Source: Verrucomicrobiota bacterium (GTDB taxonomy: Bacteria; Verrucomicrobiota; Verrucomicrobiia; Opitutales; Opitutaceae). Taken from it: a DNA stretch of 64,000 nucleotides. The stretch spans positions 1,011 to 65,010 of the forward strand of contig JAQGON010000165.1 in the NCBI GenBank assembly GCA_028293565.1, in the 5' to 3' direction. The position numbers and the translations under genes were made by a program. Shown in pieces: positions 1 through 9,069 of this stretch (position 1 is its first letter; each line of letters starts with the position of its first letter). The notes below the pieces were generated by a model. The model was given only the letters and a program-made list of their open reading frames with translations, ran no database searches and was not told where the DNA came from.

Positions 1-115
1 CGCGTGCCCGCGCCATCCGAATGAGTCTGACGAACCGTTGAGTATTGGGTTTTCATGTTGGGAGCAAAAGGGAATTTACGATGCCCCGCGGCGGGGTGGC
101 TTCTCGTCTGGGCGT

Positions 116-796
116 TCACGACGCTTTGCGCATCAGCGGGCTTTCATCGCCCATCTCGGCTTGGACGAGCGTCCGCAGGCGCTCACGGGCACGCGTCAAC
201 CGGCTTTTCACCGTCCCGATGGCGAGGCCAAGTGCGCGAGCGATCTCCGTGTAGGCGGCGTGCTGGACATTCCGGAGCACCAGAATCCGGCGGTCTTGTT
301 CCGACAGACGCTCCATGCCCTTGGCAATCTGCTCGACGAGATCGTTCTGCTCGGATTCCTCGATTGCCGTCTGGCCTTCGACGGCGATGGCATCGCCGAC
401 CAGGCCCTCACGGTCGGGGTGCAGAGGCTGATCGAGGGAGATCGTCTCGTGCCGCTTGCGCCGCTGCCAATACCAGTAGCGGTTGCGCGCCAGGTTTCCC
501 ACGATTGCATGCAGCCAGGTGGACAGCGATGACTCGCCCCGAAAATTCGGCGCGGCGCGATAAGCCCGGAGGAACGTGTCCTGCACGATCTCCTCCGCCT
601 CGTGATGGTTGCGCGTCAGGCGCAGGGCCTGCGCGTAAATCCGCGGCCGGTAGACCGCGATGATTTGTTCGAGTGCCTGCGTTGAGCCCGCGCGAAGCCC
701 GTCGACGACTTCACCGTCGTCAAACTTCGCGCGGCTGCGCGGCCAATCGCTGGACGGAATTGCCGGCGGGTGCGAGTTGAGTGCAGCAGTCTTCAT
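116..796 (-). CDS. ECF-type RNA polymerase sigma-70 factor
   Basis: ORF 116..928(-). Region 2 motif 'EEIVQDTFLRAY' and region 4 HTH 'AAYTEIARALGLAIGTVKSRLTRARERL'. Start trimmed to the ATG at 796 (MKTAALN...) because a promoter-like block lies at 845-874 inside the longer ORF. The 928 start is not excluded. Confidence 0.85.
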   Translation of the reverse strand: MKTAALNSHPPAIPSSDWPRSRAKFDDGEVVDGLRAGSTQALEQIIAVYRPRIYAQALRLTRNHHEAEEIVQDTFLRAYRAAPNFRGESSLSTWLHAIVGNLARNRYWYWQRRKRHETISLDQPLHPDREGLVGDAIAVEGQTAIEESEQNDLVEQIAKGMERLSEQDRRILVLRNVQHAAYTEIARALGLAIGTVKSRLTRARERLRTLVQAEMGDESPLMRKAS

Positions 797-844
797 GGGC
801 GAGGTGGTGAGGTGGCGATGGGAACCGGGCGTTTGAACGCCGTA

Positions 845-910
845 AGAATATCCGTTCGGCGGCGCGGCGCCCAATGCCGTGTTTTTCGCCTCGCCCATAC
901 CGTGGGTATG
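845..910 (-). promoter_or_regulatory. Predicted promoter plus LysR-type dyad upstream of the ECF sigma gene. Elements: -10 TATTCT, 18-nt spacer, -35 TTGGGC, dyad CATACC-N3-GGTATG.
   Basis: Minus-strand TATTCT (845-850), TTGGGC (869-874), dyad 896-910. Block 869-910 matches 3749-3790 at 35/42 positions by hand count, with identical geometry there. The dyad lies 17-31 nt upstream of the divergent LysR ATG. Confidence 0.4.
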
Positions 911-926
911 AGCTGCAATTTTGCCC

Positions 927-1832
927 ATGGAACTGCGTCACCTGCGCTACTTCGCGGCCGTCGCCGCCCATGGAAGTTTCAACCGGGCGGCGCAGATGCT
1001 GCATCTCACGCAGCCGGCCCTCAGCCGGCAGGTGAAGGATCTCGAGGAGGAAATCGGCGTGCCGCTCCTCGTGCGCGGGACAAATTCAATTACGCTCACG
1101 CCGACCGGCGAATCGTTCTACGAAGACGCGCGGGATCTCATCGCCCGCGCCGACAAAGCGATCCAGCGGGCACGCGGTGAACGCGGCGGTGAAGTCGTGC
1201 GCGTCGGTTATGTGTCCGCCGCCGTCACCGGCATCATCCCGCCCGCGCTGGAGAAATTCCAGGCGGCAAGGCCGCGGGTGCGAATTGAACTGATCGACCT
1301 CGTTCCGAAGGAAATGAAGGAAGCTGCCGCGCAGGGCGGTCTGGACATCCTGGTGCTGCCCGACCGCGAAACGGACAAGATTCCAGGTTTCCGCTGGACA
1401 GGGCTGCGGCGCATCGTCTCGACCTTGGTGATTCCGGCGACGCATCCGCTGGCGAGGCTGAAGAAGATCGCGCCCGCCCGGTTGCGCGACCTGCCGCTCA
1501 TCGGATTGGGCAAGGAGAACTTTCCTGGCTACACCGCGGACGTCCGGGCGAAACTGCGTCCCTTCGACGTAATTCCGCGCTTCGTCTTGCTGATCAACGA
1601 CGGGCTGGCATCGCTCTACGCCGCGCTGGAGGCGAATCACGGCGCCGCGATCCTGGCAGACTCGGTTGAAACCACGATGCCGCGAAGCCTCGTGATGCGT
1701 CCGTTCGCGCCCGCACTCGCGAGCACGACGATCATGGTGGGAGTGCCGGAAGACCGGCCCAATCAGCACGCAGAGGAGTTCTCGCGACTGCTGCGCGAGG
1801 AGGCGCGCCGTTTGCAGGCGCTGACAAAATAG
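927..1832 (+). CDS. LysR-family transcriptional regulator
   Basis: N-terminal HTH 'MELRHLRYFAAVAAHGSFNRAAQMLHLTQPALSRQVKDLEEEIGVPLLVR'. About 300 aa, typical for the family. The ORF track starts at TTG 921; the ATG at 927 is preferred. Confidence 0.9.
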   Translation: MELRHLRYFAAVAAHGSFNRAAQMLHLTQPALSRQVKDLEEEIGVPLLVRGTNSITLTPTGESFYEDARDLIARADKAIQRARGERGGEVVRVGYVSAAVTGIIPPALEKFQAARPRVRIELIDLVPKEMKEAAAQGGLDILVLPDRETDKIPGFRWTGLRRIVSTLVIPATHPLARLKKIAPARLRDLPLIGLGKENFPGYTADVRAKLRPFDVIPRFVLLINDGLASLYAALEANHGAAILADSVETTMPRSLVMRPFAPALASTTIMVGVPEDRPNQHAEEFSRLLREEARRLQALTK

Positions 1833-1953
1833 CGATTCGCGACAGACGCCGAGGCGGCAGGTGAGAACTCGCGAATCCGCCTGCTGAGTCTCCCCTTCCA
1901 GCACCGAGCGCAGGCATTGCTCAGGCCGAAGATCTAAGTCTCCGTCTTGCGCT

Positions 1954-3210
1954 CTATGCCGCCGACGGGACGAGCATGCGATTTACGTCCGCGAAACGCT
2001 CCGCATCCGCGGGATTAAACTCGCGCAAAAACGTTTGGAACGTGCCCGACTGCCGCAGCAGTCTTGCACCCACGTCGCGCAAGCGGTCCACGCTTTCCGG
2101 CGGCAAGCTAAATGAAGTCGGAAGGCTGCTGAAAAAATTCCGCTCCTCGGGGTGGGTGAGTTGATCAAAGTTGATCTCGATCAAATGAGAGGAACGGCCG
2201 ACTCCGCCTTCCCGCCACTGTTCGAGTTCGCTCCGGAAATCTGCGAGTGCCCGTGCGGTGTTGGTATGGACGAAACCCTCGCTCACCGCGCGCAGGACGT
2301 CGGTCACTCCAGGATGGGACCGCGTATTCGATCGCACGGCATGCTCGGCCGACGCATTGACGACGATGACGGCAATATTTCGGACTTGGCTCAGGTTGCA
2401 GTCGTGCAGCGCCGCGTCTAGACCGCGGGTCGCAACGTTCAAGTCGAGCAGTCCGTGGAGGCCGAGATTGTCGGAGACGCCGCCGTCGACGAGATGAATG
2501 AAGGGGCGGCGTTCAGTATCGAAATACGATCGAACCGCCGAAGCTAACTGCCGCGACACGTGGAGCGCATCCAGATCGACGGACAACCGTTGGGCGAAGG
2601 CCGAGCGCGCCGCGCCATCGGCGGCGGCGTGGTTGCGCAACGTCACCGGGCTCAGCACAACGGGTGCGGCTGACGACGCAGCGACGGCTCGACCGATGGT
2701 GATTTCGCCGAGATTCGATCCGATGAGATCAAAATTCTGCTGGGTGAACGCGAAAGGCATTCCCGTTACCATGTCGGTCGCATTGACCAAGAGGCGCGGC
2801 CGACCCGCCTCATGCGCCAGGTCGCCGAACGTCGCGCCTCCGAAGATTTCGTGGTCATAGAACTCGCCCGCCAAGTCGCTTCGGCCAATGCGCTTCGTCG
2901 CCAGCGGGAACCAGTTTTGCGGGCTGGCGAATTTGCGCATCAGTGCGCCCTGCACGTCGCGTTTCAGGAAGATGTTTTCGTAGTCGGCGAACAAACGATC
3001 CCCGTGCAGCGCGTAATAGGCGGCGGTAAAGCTGCCACCCGAAACGCCGGAGATTGCCTGCACGTGATCCAGCATGCGCTCCGCCCGGCCGTGGTGATCA
3101 ATCCGCGTGCGCGACAGTTCCTGGAGCACACCGTAGGCGAGCGCCGCGGCGCGTGTGCCGCCGCCAGAAAAGGTGAGCGCCACGGTCCATTCGGCATTTT
3201 CGGGTTTCAT
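1954..3210 (-). CDS. Patatin-like phospholipase
   Basis: Oxyanion 'GGGTRAAA', nucleophile elbow 'GVSGGS' and catalytic Asp motif 'DGGVSDNLG'. Confidence 0.85.
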   Translation of the reverse strand: MKPENAEWTVALTFSGGGTRAAALAYGVLQELSRTRIDHHGRAERMLDHVQAISGVSGGSFTAAYYALHGDRLFADYENIFLKRDVQGALMRKFASPQNWFPLATKRIGRSDLAGEFYDHEIFGGATFGDLAHEAGRPRLLVNATDMVTGMPFAFTQQNFDLIGSNLGEITIGRAVAASSAAPVVLSPVTLRNHAAADGAARSAFAQRLSVDLDALHVSRQLASAVRSYFDTERRPFIHLVDGGVSDNLGLHGLLDLNVATRGLDAALHDCNLSQVRNIAVIVVNASAEHAVRSNTRSHPGVTDVLRAVSEGFVHTNTARALADFRSELEQWREGGVGRSSHLIEINFDQLTHPEERNFFSSLPTSFSLPPESVDRLRDVGARLLRQSGTFQTFLREFNPADAERFADVNRMLVPSAA

Positions 3211-3237
3211 TTTGGGGGTAATGGGACGGCGAGCGTG

Positions 3238-3342
3238 TCAGCGCCGGGAATTTTCGATCACGACGCGAGGATTCGCGGGGCCAACGGCACAGTCGGCCAA
3301 GCCGGCGGCAGCCATGATGAGGATGAGCGCGGTTGTTTTCAT
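3238..3342 (-). CDS. Small putative lipoprotein (34 aa)
   Basis: Internal ATG at 3342 gives 'MKTTALILIMAAAGLADCAVGPANPRVVIENSRR', with a lipobox-like 'LADC'. It lies between the SnoaL-like gene and the patatin gene on the same strand. No homology support. Confidence 0.35.
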   Translation of the reverse strand: MKTTALILIMAAAGLADCAVGPANPRVVIENSRR

Positions 3343-3365
3343 AGGGTTCCGGGAAAAAGGGCGGC

Positions 3366-3704
3366 TCACTCGATCGTCATCGCGGCGATTTTCCGGCAAC
3401 GGAGCCGGAAATGAAAATCGAGTTGCACGGGACTGCCGGGGAAATGGCCCGACACGCTGACGGTGATCGCCACATCGGCCTCGGTCGCGGCCGGCTTGAG
3501 CGGCACAAACGTCGGCTCGTATTTGCGGGTTATCTCCTCGATCCATTGCTGAATCGCCGCGCGACCGTCACGACGGCCAAACTGATCCTCGACTGCGGCA
3601 TCCCGCGTGAAGCACTCGGTGATGGCGGCAACATCGCGGCGATTGGATGTCTCGAAATAACGTTTCACCACTGCGGGTGGGCGGAGGGTCGAATTGGTTT
3701 TCAT
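3366..3704 (-). CDS. SnoaL-like / NTF2-fold protein
   Basis: 112 aa. 'VVKRYFETSNRRDVAAITECFTRDAAVED...' is typical of the start of SnoaL-like polyketide-cyclase-fold proteins. Confidence 0.7.
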   Translation of the reverse strand: MKTNSTLRPPAVVKRYFETSNRRDVAAITECFTRDAAVEDQFGRRDGRAAIQQWIEEITRKYEPTFVPLKPAATEADVAITVSVSGHFPGSPVQLDFHFRLRCRKIAAMTIE

Positions 3705-3724
3705 GGCTGCGTGTGACGCCGCTT

Positions 3725-3790
3725 AGAATATCGTCGAGCCGGTGCGTTGCCCAATGCCGTGTTTCTTGCCTCGCTCATATCAGCGGTATG
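3725..3790 (-). promoter_or_regulatory. Second copy of the promoter + dyad block, upstream of the SnoaL-like gene
   Basis: Minus-strand TATTCT (3725-3730), 18-nt spacer, TTGGGC (3749-3754), dyad CATATC-N3-GGTATG (3776-3790). Same spacing as the 845-910 copy. Confidence 0.4.
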
Positions 3791-3944
3791 GCTGGTCCAT
3801 CCTGCCCGCCCTCGGGAGACAGTTACCGCGGATGACGTAGAGGTGGACCTGCTTTGTCTGGGCGGTTGAAACGCGAAGGCGCAACGAAGCGAAGGAGCTG
3901 CTTCATTTACCCTCCTTCCCTTCCGCTCAACGCAGCCTGAACTC

Positions 3945-5882
3945 TCAACGTTCTGCCAGGGTCGAGGCCGGACGAGCGCCCGTTCCTTTGCCGACCCAAA
4001 ATCTCACCAGCAGGTCGCGCATTTTCACCACGCCCGCCGCGGGATTCTCCTTGTTCTCGAACTCGATCGAAAGGCCGCTGCCATAGGCGGAATGCGCCAA
4101 CAGCGGCAGCGCCTGACCGTAGTCGATCGTGCTTTCATTGCCGCGGCGGTCGAAAGCGGCGCCGTTGATATGAGCGTGGAAAACAAAGGGCGCGAGCTGC
4201 TCGATTGCAGCCTTTCCTGCCTCGGCATTGTCCCAATTCCGAAAATTCAAGCACAGCCCGACGTGGACGGGATCCGTTCCCTGGATGATTCTAATGATGT
4301 CCGCGGGGGTTTTGGCCGGGCCCGGCCCGTTTTCGATCGTCACGCGAAGGCCGAGCTCCCGGGCGAGCGGCAGCATTGCGCGCAAGGCCAGGATCGCACG
4401 CTCGACGCCGTCGCTCGCATCGGCGGCGGCGCCGCGACCTGTCTGGCCCAGGCTAACGCAGACCAGCGGAGCGCCGAGGTAACGGGCTGCACGGAGGAGT
4501 CGCTTGTCTTTCTCGATCTGCTGCTGGTTCGCATCCGGATCGTCCGACACCAGATTGCCGTCGATCGCCAAGGCCATCAGCACCCGCTTTTCCTTGTGCA
4601 GGGCTCGAATGATTCCGTCCAGGGAATCGTCATCCCAAGCGCGCACGTAACGGGCATTCAGTTCGACCCCCTTGATGCCGAGCTTCCGGTAGAGGGCTGG
4701 CATCGATTCGGCGGACAGTTCTCCGCTCGCAAACAGATCTTGAAAGCTATCCGTCGCGCAGCTCACGAATCCTCCGCCCTTCAGGTGACAGTCGGTGTCC
4801 GGCTGGCGGGCCGCCGCACGGTCCCAGCCTGCATCACCCGGGCCGCTCATTCCGCGAGGGACACTTACGACCGCGAGGCGCTTCGGCCCCTTCCCCACCC
4901 CGATCCGGGTCACCTCGCGTTCGAGGCGGGTGTCGATCACGGCGACATCGTCCGAGGCGGTGTTGCTGACGTAGAGGAACTTTCCATCGGGCGTGATATC
5001 AAGCCAGTCAGGGGCAATGCCGCTGACCGGGATTGAGCGGAGGAGTTTGTGCTCCGGGACTGAAAAGACATCGACCCCGTTGCCGAAGGAATTCGCGATC
5101 CAGACGCGCTGGTTGTCCGGGCTCAGCACGATCCCGTGACTATCGATGTAGGCGAGGATCGATTTGGTTTTGTAGTCGATCTTCGGCAGCTCCACGCGCG
5201 CGATGACCTTGCGGGTGGCAATTTCGGCGACGACGAAGCCGTAGAGATCGGTCAATTGGGCATAAAGAAAACGGTCATCGTTGGTGATGGCGCAGGGCCG
5301 GGATTCTCCGCCCAGCTTGATGACTCCGATCACGCTCTGGCTCGCGACGTCGATGATGGAGGCGGTCCCGGGCTTTTGCGCGGTGACGTAGATCCATTGT
5401 CCGTTTTTGGCGCGGTAGCAATTGTGCGGCGTGGGTCCGACCTGGATGCGCTTGATGGTGCGATGGGTCCCGGTGTCGATCACCTCGACATAATCCGCAC
5501 CGCGGATCGGGACATAGAGATAGCGGCCGTCAGCGGAAACCGTGAGTTCATTGGGCCGGATACCCACCGGGGCGGTCCAGAGGAGGGTCGAGGTTCCGGT
5601 GTCGATTGCCGTGACGTTATCCTCTGCCTCGCTGGTGACGTAGAGCCGCGTCCCGTCGGGGGAGGCCGCGACACCGTGAGGAGAAGAGCACGTGTAAATG
5701 CTGCCAATCGCCTTTTGGGTGACGGTGTCGATCGCGGAAATGTCGTTCCCGACGCAGTTGTCGACGTAAAGGATTACATGCGCGGCATCCTTTGCCGGAC
5801 TGGCTGCCGGGCAAACGAACCCGGGCAAAAGGCCGAGCGTCAACCCGACTATCGTCGAACAAATGCGCCGGAGCCGCTGCAT
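3945..5882 (-). CDS. Secreted fusion protein: YVTN-type beta-propeller repeats fused to a xylose-isomerase-like TIM barrel (sugar phosphate isomerase/epimerase fold)
   Basis: Signal-like N-terminus 'MQRLRRICSTIVGLTLGLLPGFVCPAAS'. Repeated 'LYV(T/S)...D.V..ID' blades. C-terminal half 'GIKGVELN...RVTIENGPG...HAHINGAAFD...SIEFEN' resembles AP_endonuc_2 TIM barrels. Confidence 0.8.
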   Translation of the reverse strand: MQRLRRICSTIVGLTLGLLPGFVCPAASPAKDAAHVILYVDNCVGNDISAIDTVTQKAIGSIYTCSSPHGVAASPDGTRLYVTSEAEDNVTAIDTGTSTLLWTAPVGIRPNELTVSADGRYLYVPIRGADYVEVIDTGTHRTIKRIQVGPTPHNCYRAKNGQWIYVTAQKPGTASIIDVASQSVIGVIKLGGESRPCAITNDDRFLYAQLTDLYGFVVAEIATRKVIARVELPKIDYKTKSILAYIDSHGIVLSPDNQRVWIANSFGNGVDVFSVPEHKLLRSIPVSGIAPDWLDITPDGKFLYVSNTASDDVAVIDTRLEREVTRIGVGKGPKRLAVVSVPRGMSGPGDAGWDRAAARQPDTDCHLKGGGFVSCATDSFQDLFASGELSAESMPALYRKLGIKGVELNARYVRAWDDDSLDGIIRALHKEKRVLMALAIDGNLVSDDPDANQQQIEKDKRLLRAARYLGAPLVCVSLGQTGRGAAADASDGVERAILALRAMLPLARELGLRVTIENGPGPAKTPADIIRIIQGTDPVHVGLCLNFRNWDNAEAGKAAIEQLAPFVFHAHINGAAFDRRGNESTIDYGQALPLLAHSAYGSGLSIEFENKENPAAGVVKMRDLLVRFWVGKGTGARPASTLAER

Positions 5883-6436
5883 GCCGGTGAGAGTGAAAGG
5901 GCAGACCGAGCGCCGCGAGCCTAAGCTGGATTCTCACAGTGATTCGTAATGATAATGTCTGGTTTGAAGCAGCGCCGCGTGTTCGACCGGCGGTTCGGTA
6001 TCGCTGCCACGGCAGCGCCGCCCTGCCGGCGGAGTTGAGCCCGCCGGTCGAAGACCCGGCGCTGCTTTCGTTCAGCGGTCAATTGCGCGAACGCGGTTGC
6101 CGACGGGGTCAGATTTTGTGGGCGTGTTGCCCAAACGACCTTTAATATTGTGGCCGAGGTTGGCGCTGGAGAAAAAACTTTGCTGACGGTCAGTTGAGCG
6201 TCGAAGACGGAAGAAACCGAAAAGATTTGCGCAATCGTACGCGGAATGCGGCCAGGAGCCGACTTTCACTCGCGGGCGGGCGGCCACGACTGGGGTCAGA
6301 TCTGACCCCGTACTCGACTCGTACTCGGCTTCTCCTCGATCTCATCTGTTTATTAGGAGCGCAAAGCAGTGACAAGAGGCACCAGAAACTCCTAGTTTGG
6401 ACGCGGGACTCATTCCTAGGGAGTTCCGTAACCAAA

Positions 6437-8337
6437 ATGCGTTTGTATTCCGGTAGCGTCGCTGAGTTTGTCGAAGACTCGGCGCACAACAGGATCGCAG
6501 ATCGTTTGAGCCAGGCATTTGCTATGCAGTTCCGTGCACAACCGTCACCGTCGGAAGTGGCGTCGTGGCGTAATTCCCTTCGCGCAATGTCTCAGGTTGC
6601 CGAGCGCGCCGGGCTGAAAGACAACGGCGTCCTGCTGGAGTTTACGCTTCCCGCGACTTCCAGGCGACTGGACTGCATGTTTACAGGCCGCGATCGCTCC
6701 AATGGAGCAAATGCACTCATCGTGGAGCTGAAGCAGTGGGAGAGAGCCGTGGAATCTGATGGTGACCGCGTGCTCACGTTCGTTGGCGGCGCGCACCGCG
6801 ACGTACTGCACCCATCCGCGCAAGTAGGTGGCTACTGCAATTATTTGTCCGACAGTCACACCGCGTTTCATCCAGACACTGATCCGATTTCTCTCACCGG
6901 GTGTTCATACCTGCACAACTACGTATTTGAGCCAGGTGATTCTTTGAATGCCCCGAAGTTTGCCGAGTTGCTCCGAGAATTTCCGCTCTACTCGGCCGAC
7001 GATTCTCAGGGCCTCATTCAGTGCCTCAACGAGCGACTCGGCGGGGGACGGGGCGCCGAGATTCTGAATCGAATCGAGCGGTCGAAATACCGGCCTAGTC
7101 CAAAGCTACTCGAACATGTTTCCAAAGTCATCGAAGGAAGGCCCGAATATGTGCTCCTGGACGAACAGATTATTGCCTTCGACCAAGTGCTTGCTGCGGC
7201 GCGGCGCGCGAAGGCATCGAAGCGGAAGAACATCGTGCTCGTCATCGGAGGGCCGGGTACCGGGAAATCTGTGATTGCGTTGAACCTATTGGCCAAATTA
7301 GCGGGCGAGGGATTCACGAGCCACTACGCCACCGGCTCAAAGTCCTTTACCGAAACGCTTCGCGAAATTGTGGGAAAACGTGCTGCGGCCCTGATCAAAT
7401 ATTTCAACTCCTATACCGAATTGGAACCGGATGCGCTGGATGTGGTGATCTGCGACGAAGCTCACCGCATCCGGACGACGAGTTCCAACCAATACACCCC
7501 GGCCGCCAAACGGACCGGGAAAGCCCAGATTGACGAGATCGTCGACGTGGCGCGTACCGCCGTGTTCTTTATCGATGACCGCCAAATTGTCCGCCCAGCC
7601 GAGATTGGATCTACGCAATTGATCAGGCAGACTGCCCAGCGATATGGGGCCACGATCCAGGAGATAAATTTGGAAGCGCAGTTCCGCTGCGGCGGATCGG
7701 ACGGATTCATCCAGTGGGTCGACAATACACTGGAGATCGCGCGAACACCCTCGGTCATTTGGAATCTGAGGGAGCCATTTGAGTTTAAGATCTTCGATAC
7801 GCCTCAGGCTCTCGACACGGCAATTCGCGGAAAGCTGGTGGAAGGGGCGAGGCGAGAATGACGGCAGGGTTTTGCTGGCCATGGTCTGATCCGATTGCCG
7901 GAGGAAACCTAGTGAACGACGTTCGTATCGCAGGTTATGAGCGTCCATGGAATGCTAAGCCGGATGCAGGGCGTCTGGCATCGGGGATTCCGAAATCTTC
8001 GCTGTGGGCGTACAAGGAAGGCGGCGAAAATCAGGTTGGCTGCATCTACACAGCTCAGGGATTCGAGTTCGACTATGTCGGCGTCATCTTTGGAACGGAC
8101 CTCGTTTATCGGCCCGGTACGGGCTGGATCGGGCAAAAGGGGAATTCACACGACAGCGTGGTGAAACGCAGCGGTACGAGTTTCACCGACCTCGTGAAGA
8201 ACACCTACCGCGTGCTTTTGACTCGGGGAATCAAGGGCTGTTACGTCCACTTCCTCGACAAGGACACCGCAACTTTCTTTAAGAGCAGGACGGAGTTGGT
8301 TGTCGCGCCGGATTCCTTCCCAAAGGGCGCCTCCTAA
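6437..8337 (+). pseudogene. DUF2075-type nuclease/P-loop helicase-like protein, split by a frameshift at about 7845-7860
   Basis: ORF 6194..7861 (probable start ATG 6437, 'MRLYSGSVAEF') carries a PD-(D/E)xK-like 'RLDCMF...IVELKQW', Walker A 'GGPGTGKS' and 'VICDEAHR'. ORF 7858..8337, in another frame, carries the usual DUF2075 C-terminus 'AGFCWPW...YTAQGFEFDYVGVIFG...YRVLLTRGIKGCYV'. The junction sits at a G4 run. Confidence 0.75.
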
Positions 8338-8358
8338 TCGATCACCTTACACCCGCTC

Positions 8359-9069
8359 TCAACCAGATACCGATAAGCGGGCAGCCAGCTTGCGCCGCTT
8401 CTCTTCGTCTAGTTCCTGCACAATAAAGTCGATCGGAACCAGCACGCCTTCCGCAGTCACGACGCAATTGGCCGGATGGGCGTCAAATACCGCGACATGA
8501 TCTCGTAGGTAAGAATAGGATTTATAAAATCCCATCGGTGGAACCTGAAGCCGCTGGCAGCGATAGTCCTCGCGCAGGAGTTTCTCCATTTCCTCAAGCG
8601 ACGGAGCCTCGCCAACAATGTCGGGCTGAGATGTCACGATCCGCAGTTTGTACCCTTCCTGCTGGATACCGAGCAGCTCCAAGGTGTCGCCAAACAATGC
8701 ATTGTGCAGGCGCAGGCGCTTCAGATAGGTGAGGGGAGTTCCGGGCAGGAAGATCGGATCTGTCTCATCGAGATCAATGGCATAGCCCGCACCATCCCAT
8801 TTCGTGAATTTTATCCACCGCTGGGCAGTGGCCTCATGCGTGACGTCGTGCTCCCGCCCACCGGCTCGCGCCGGAGCTATTTCCGCGCCAAGGACGAGAT
8901 GGCTTTCGAGGCACCATTGCTGGAGCGTGCGCCATTCGTAACCGGAACGCTCCCCTTCATCGAAGCCACGCGCATCCGCTCCATCTGCGCATAAGCTGCG
9001 CTCGATGGCCGCGATGGCTGCGTCAAGCGCAGTCGGCGTAGTTCGGCTGGAGTCATCGTCATTGGACAT
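8359..9069 (-). CDS. Hypothetical protein with a protein-kinase-like catalytic motif
   Basis: 236 aa. 'VAVFDAHPANCVVTAEGVLVPIDF' fits the D-x-H-x-x-N ... (I/V)D(F/L) catalytic-loop and metal-binding pattern of atypical kinases. Paralog at 34966..35898. Lies in the low-GC islet. Confidence 0.6.
   Translation of the reverse strand: MSNDDDSSRTTPTALDAAIAAIERSLCADGADARGFDEGERSGYEWRTLQQWCLESHLVLGAEIAPARAGGREHDVTHEATAQRWIKFTKWDGAGYAIDLDETDPIFLPGTPLTYLKRLRLHNALFGDTLELLGIQQEGYKLRIVTSQPDIVGEAPSLEEMEKLLREDYRCQRLQVPPMGFYKSYSYLRDHVAVFDAHPANCVVTAEGVLVPIDFIVQELDEEKRRKLAARLSVSG

Noticed and set aside
1-55. Partial minus-strand ORF starting at ATG 55 (MKTQYSTVRQTHSDGAGTR...) downstream of the ECF sigma gene; possible anti-sigma factor
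   Set aside because: Only 18 codons are visible before the window edge. There are no motifs, so it cannot be supported.
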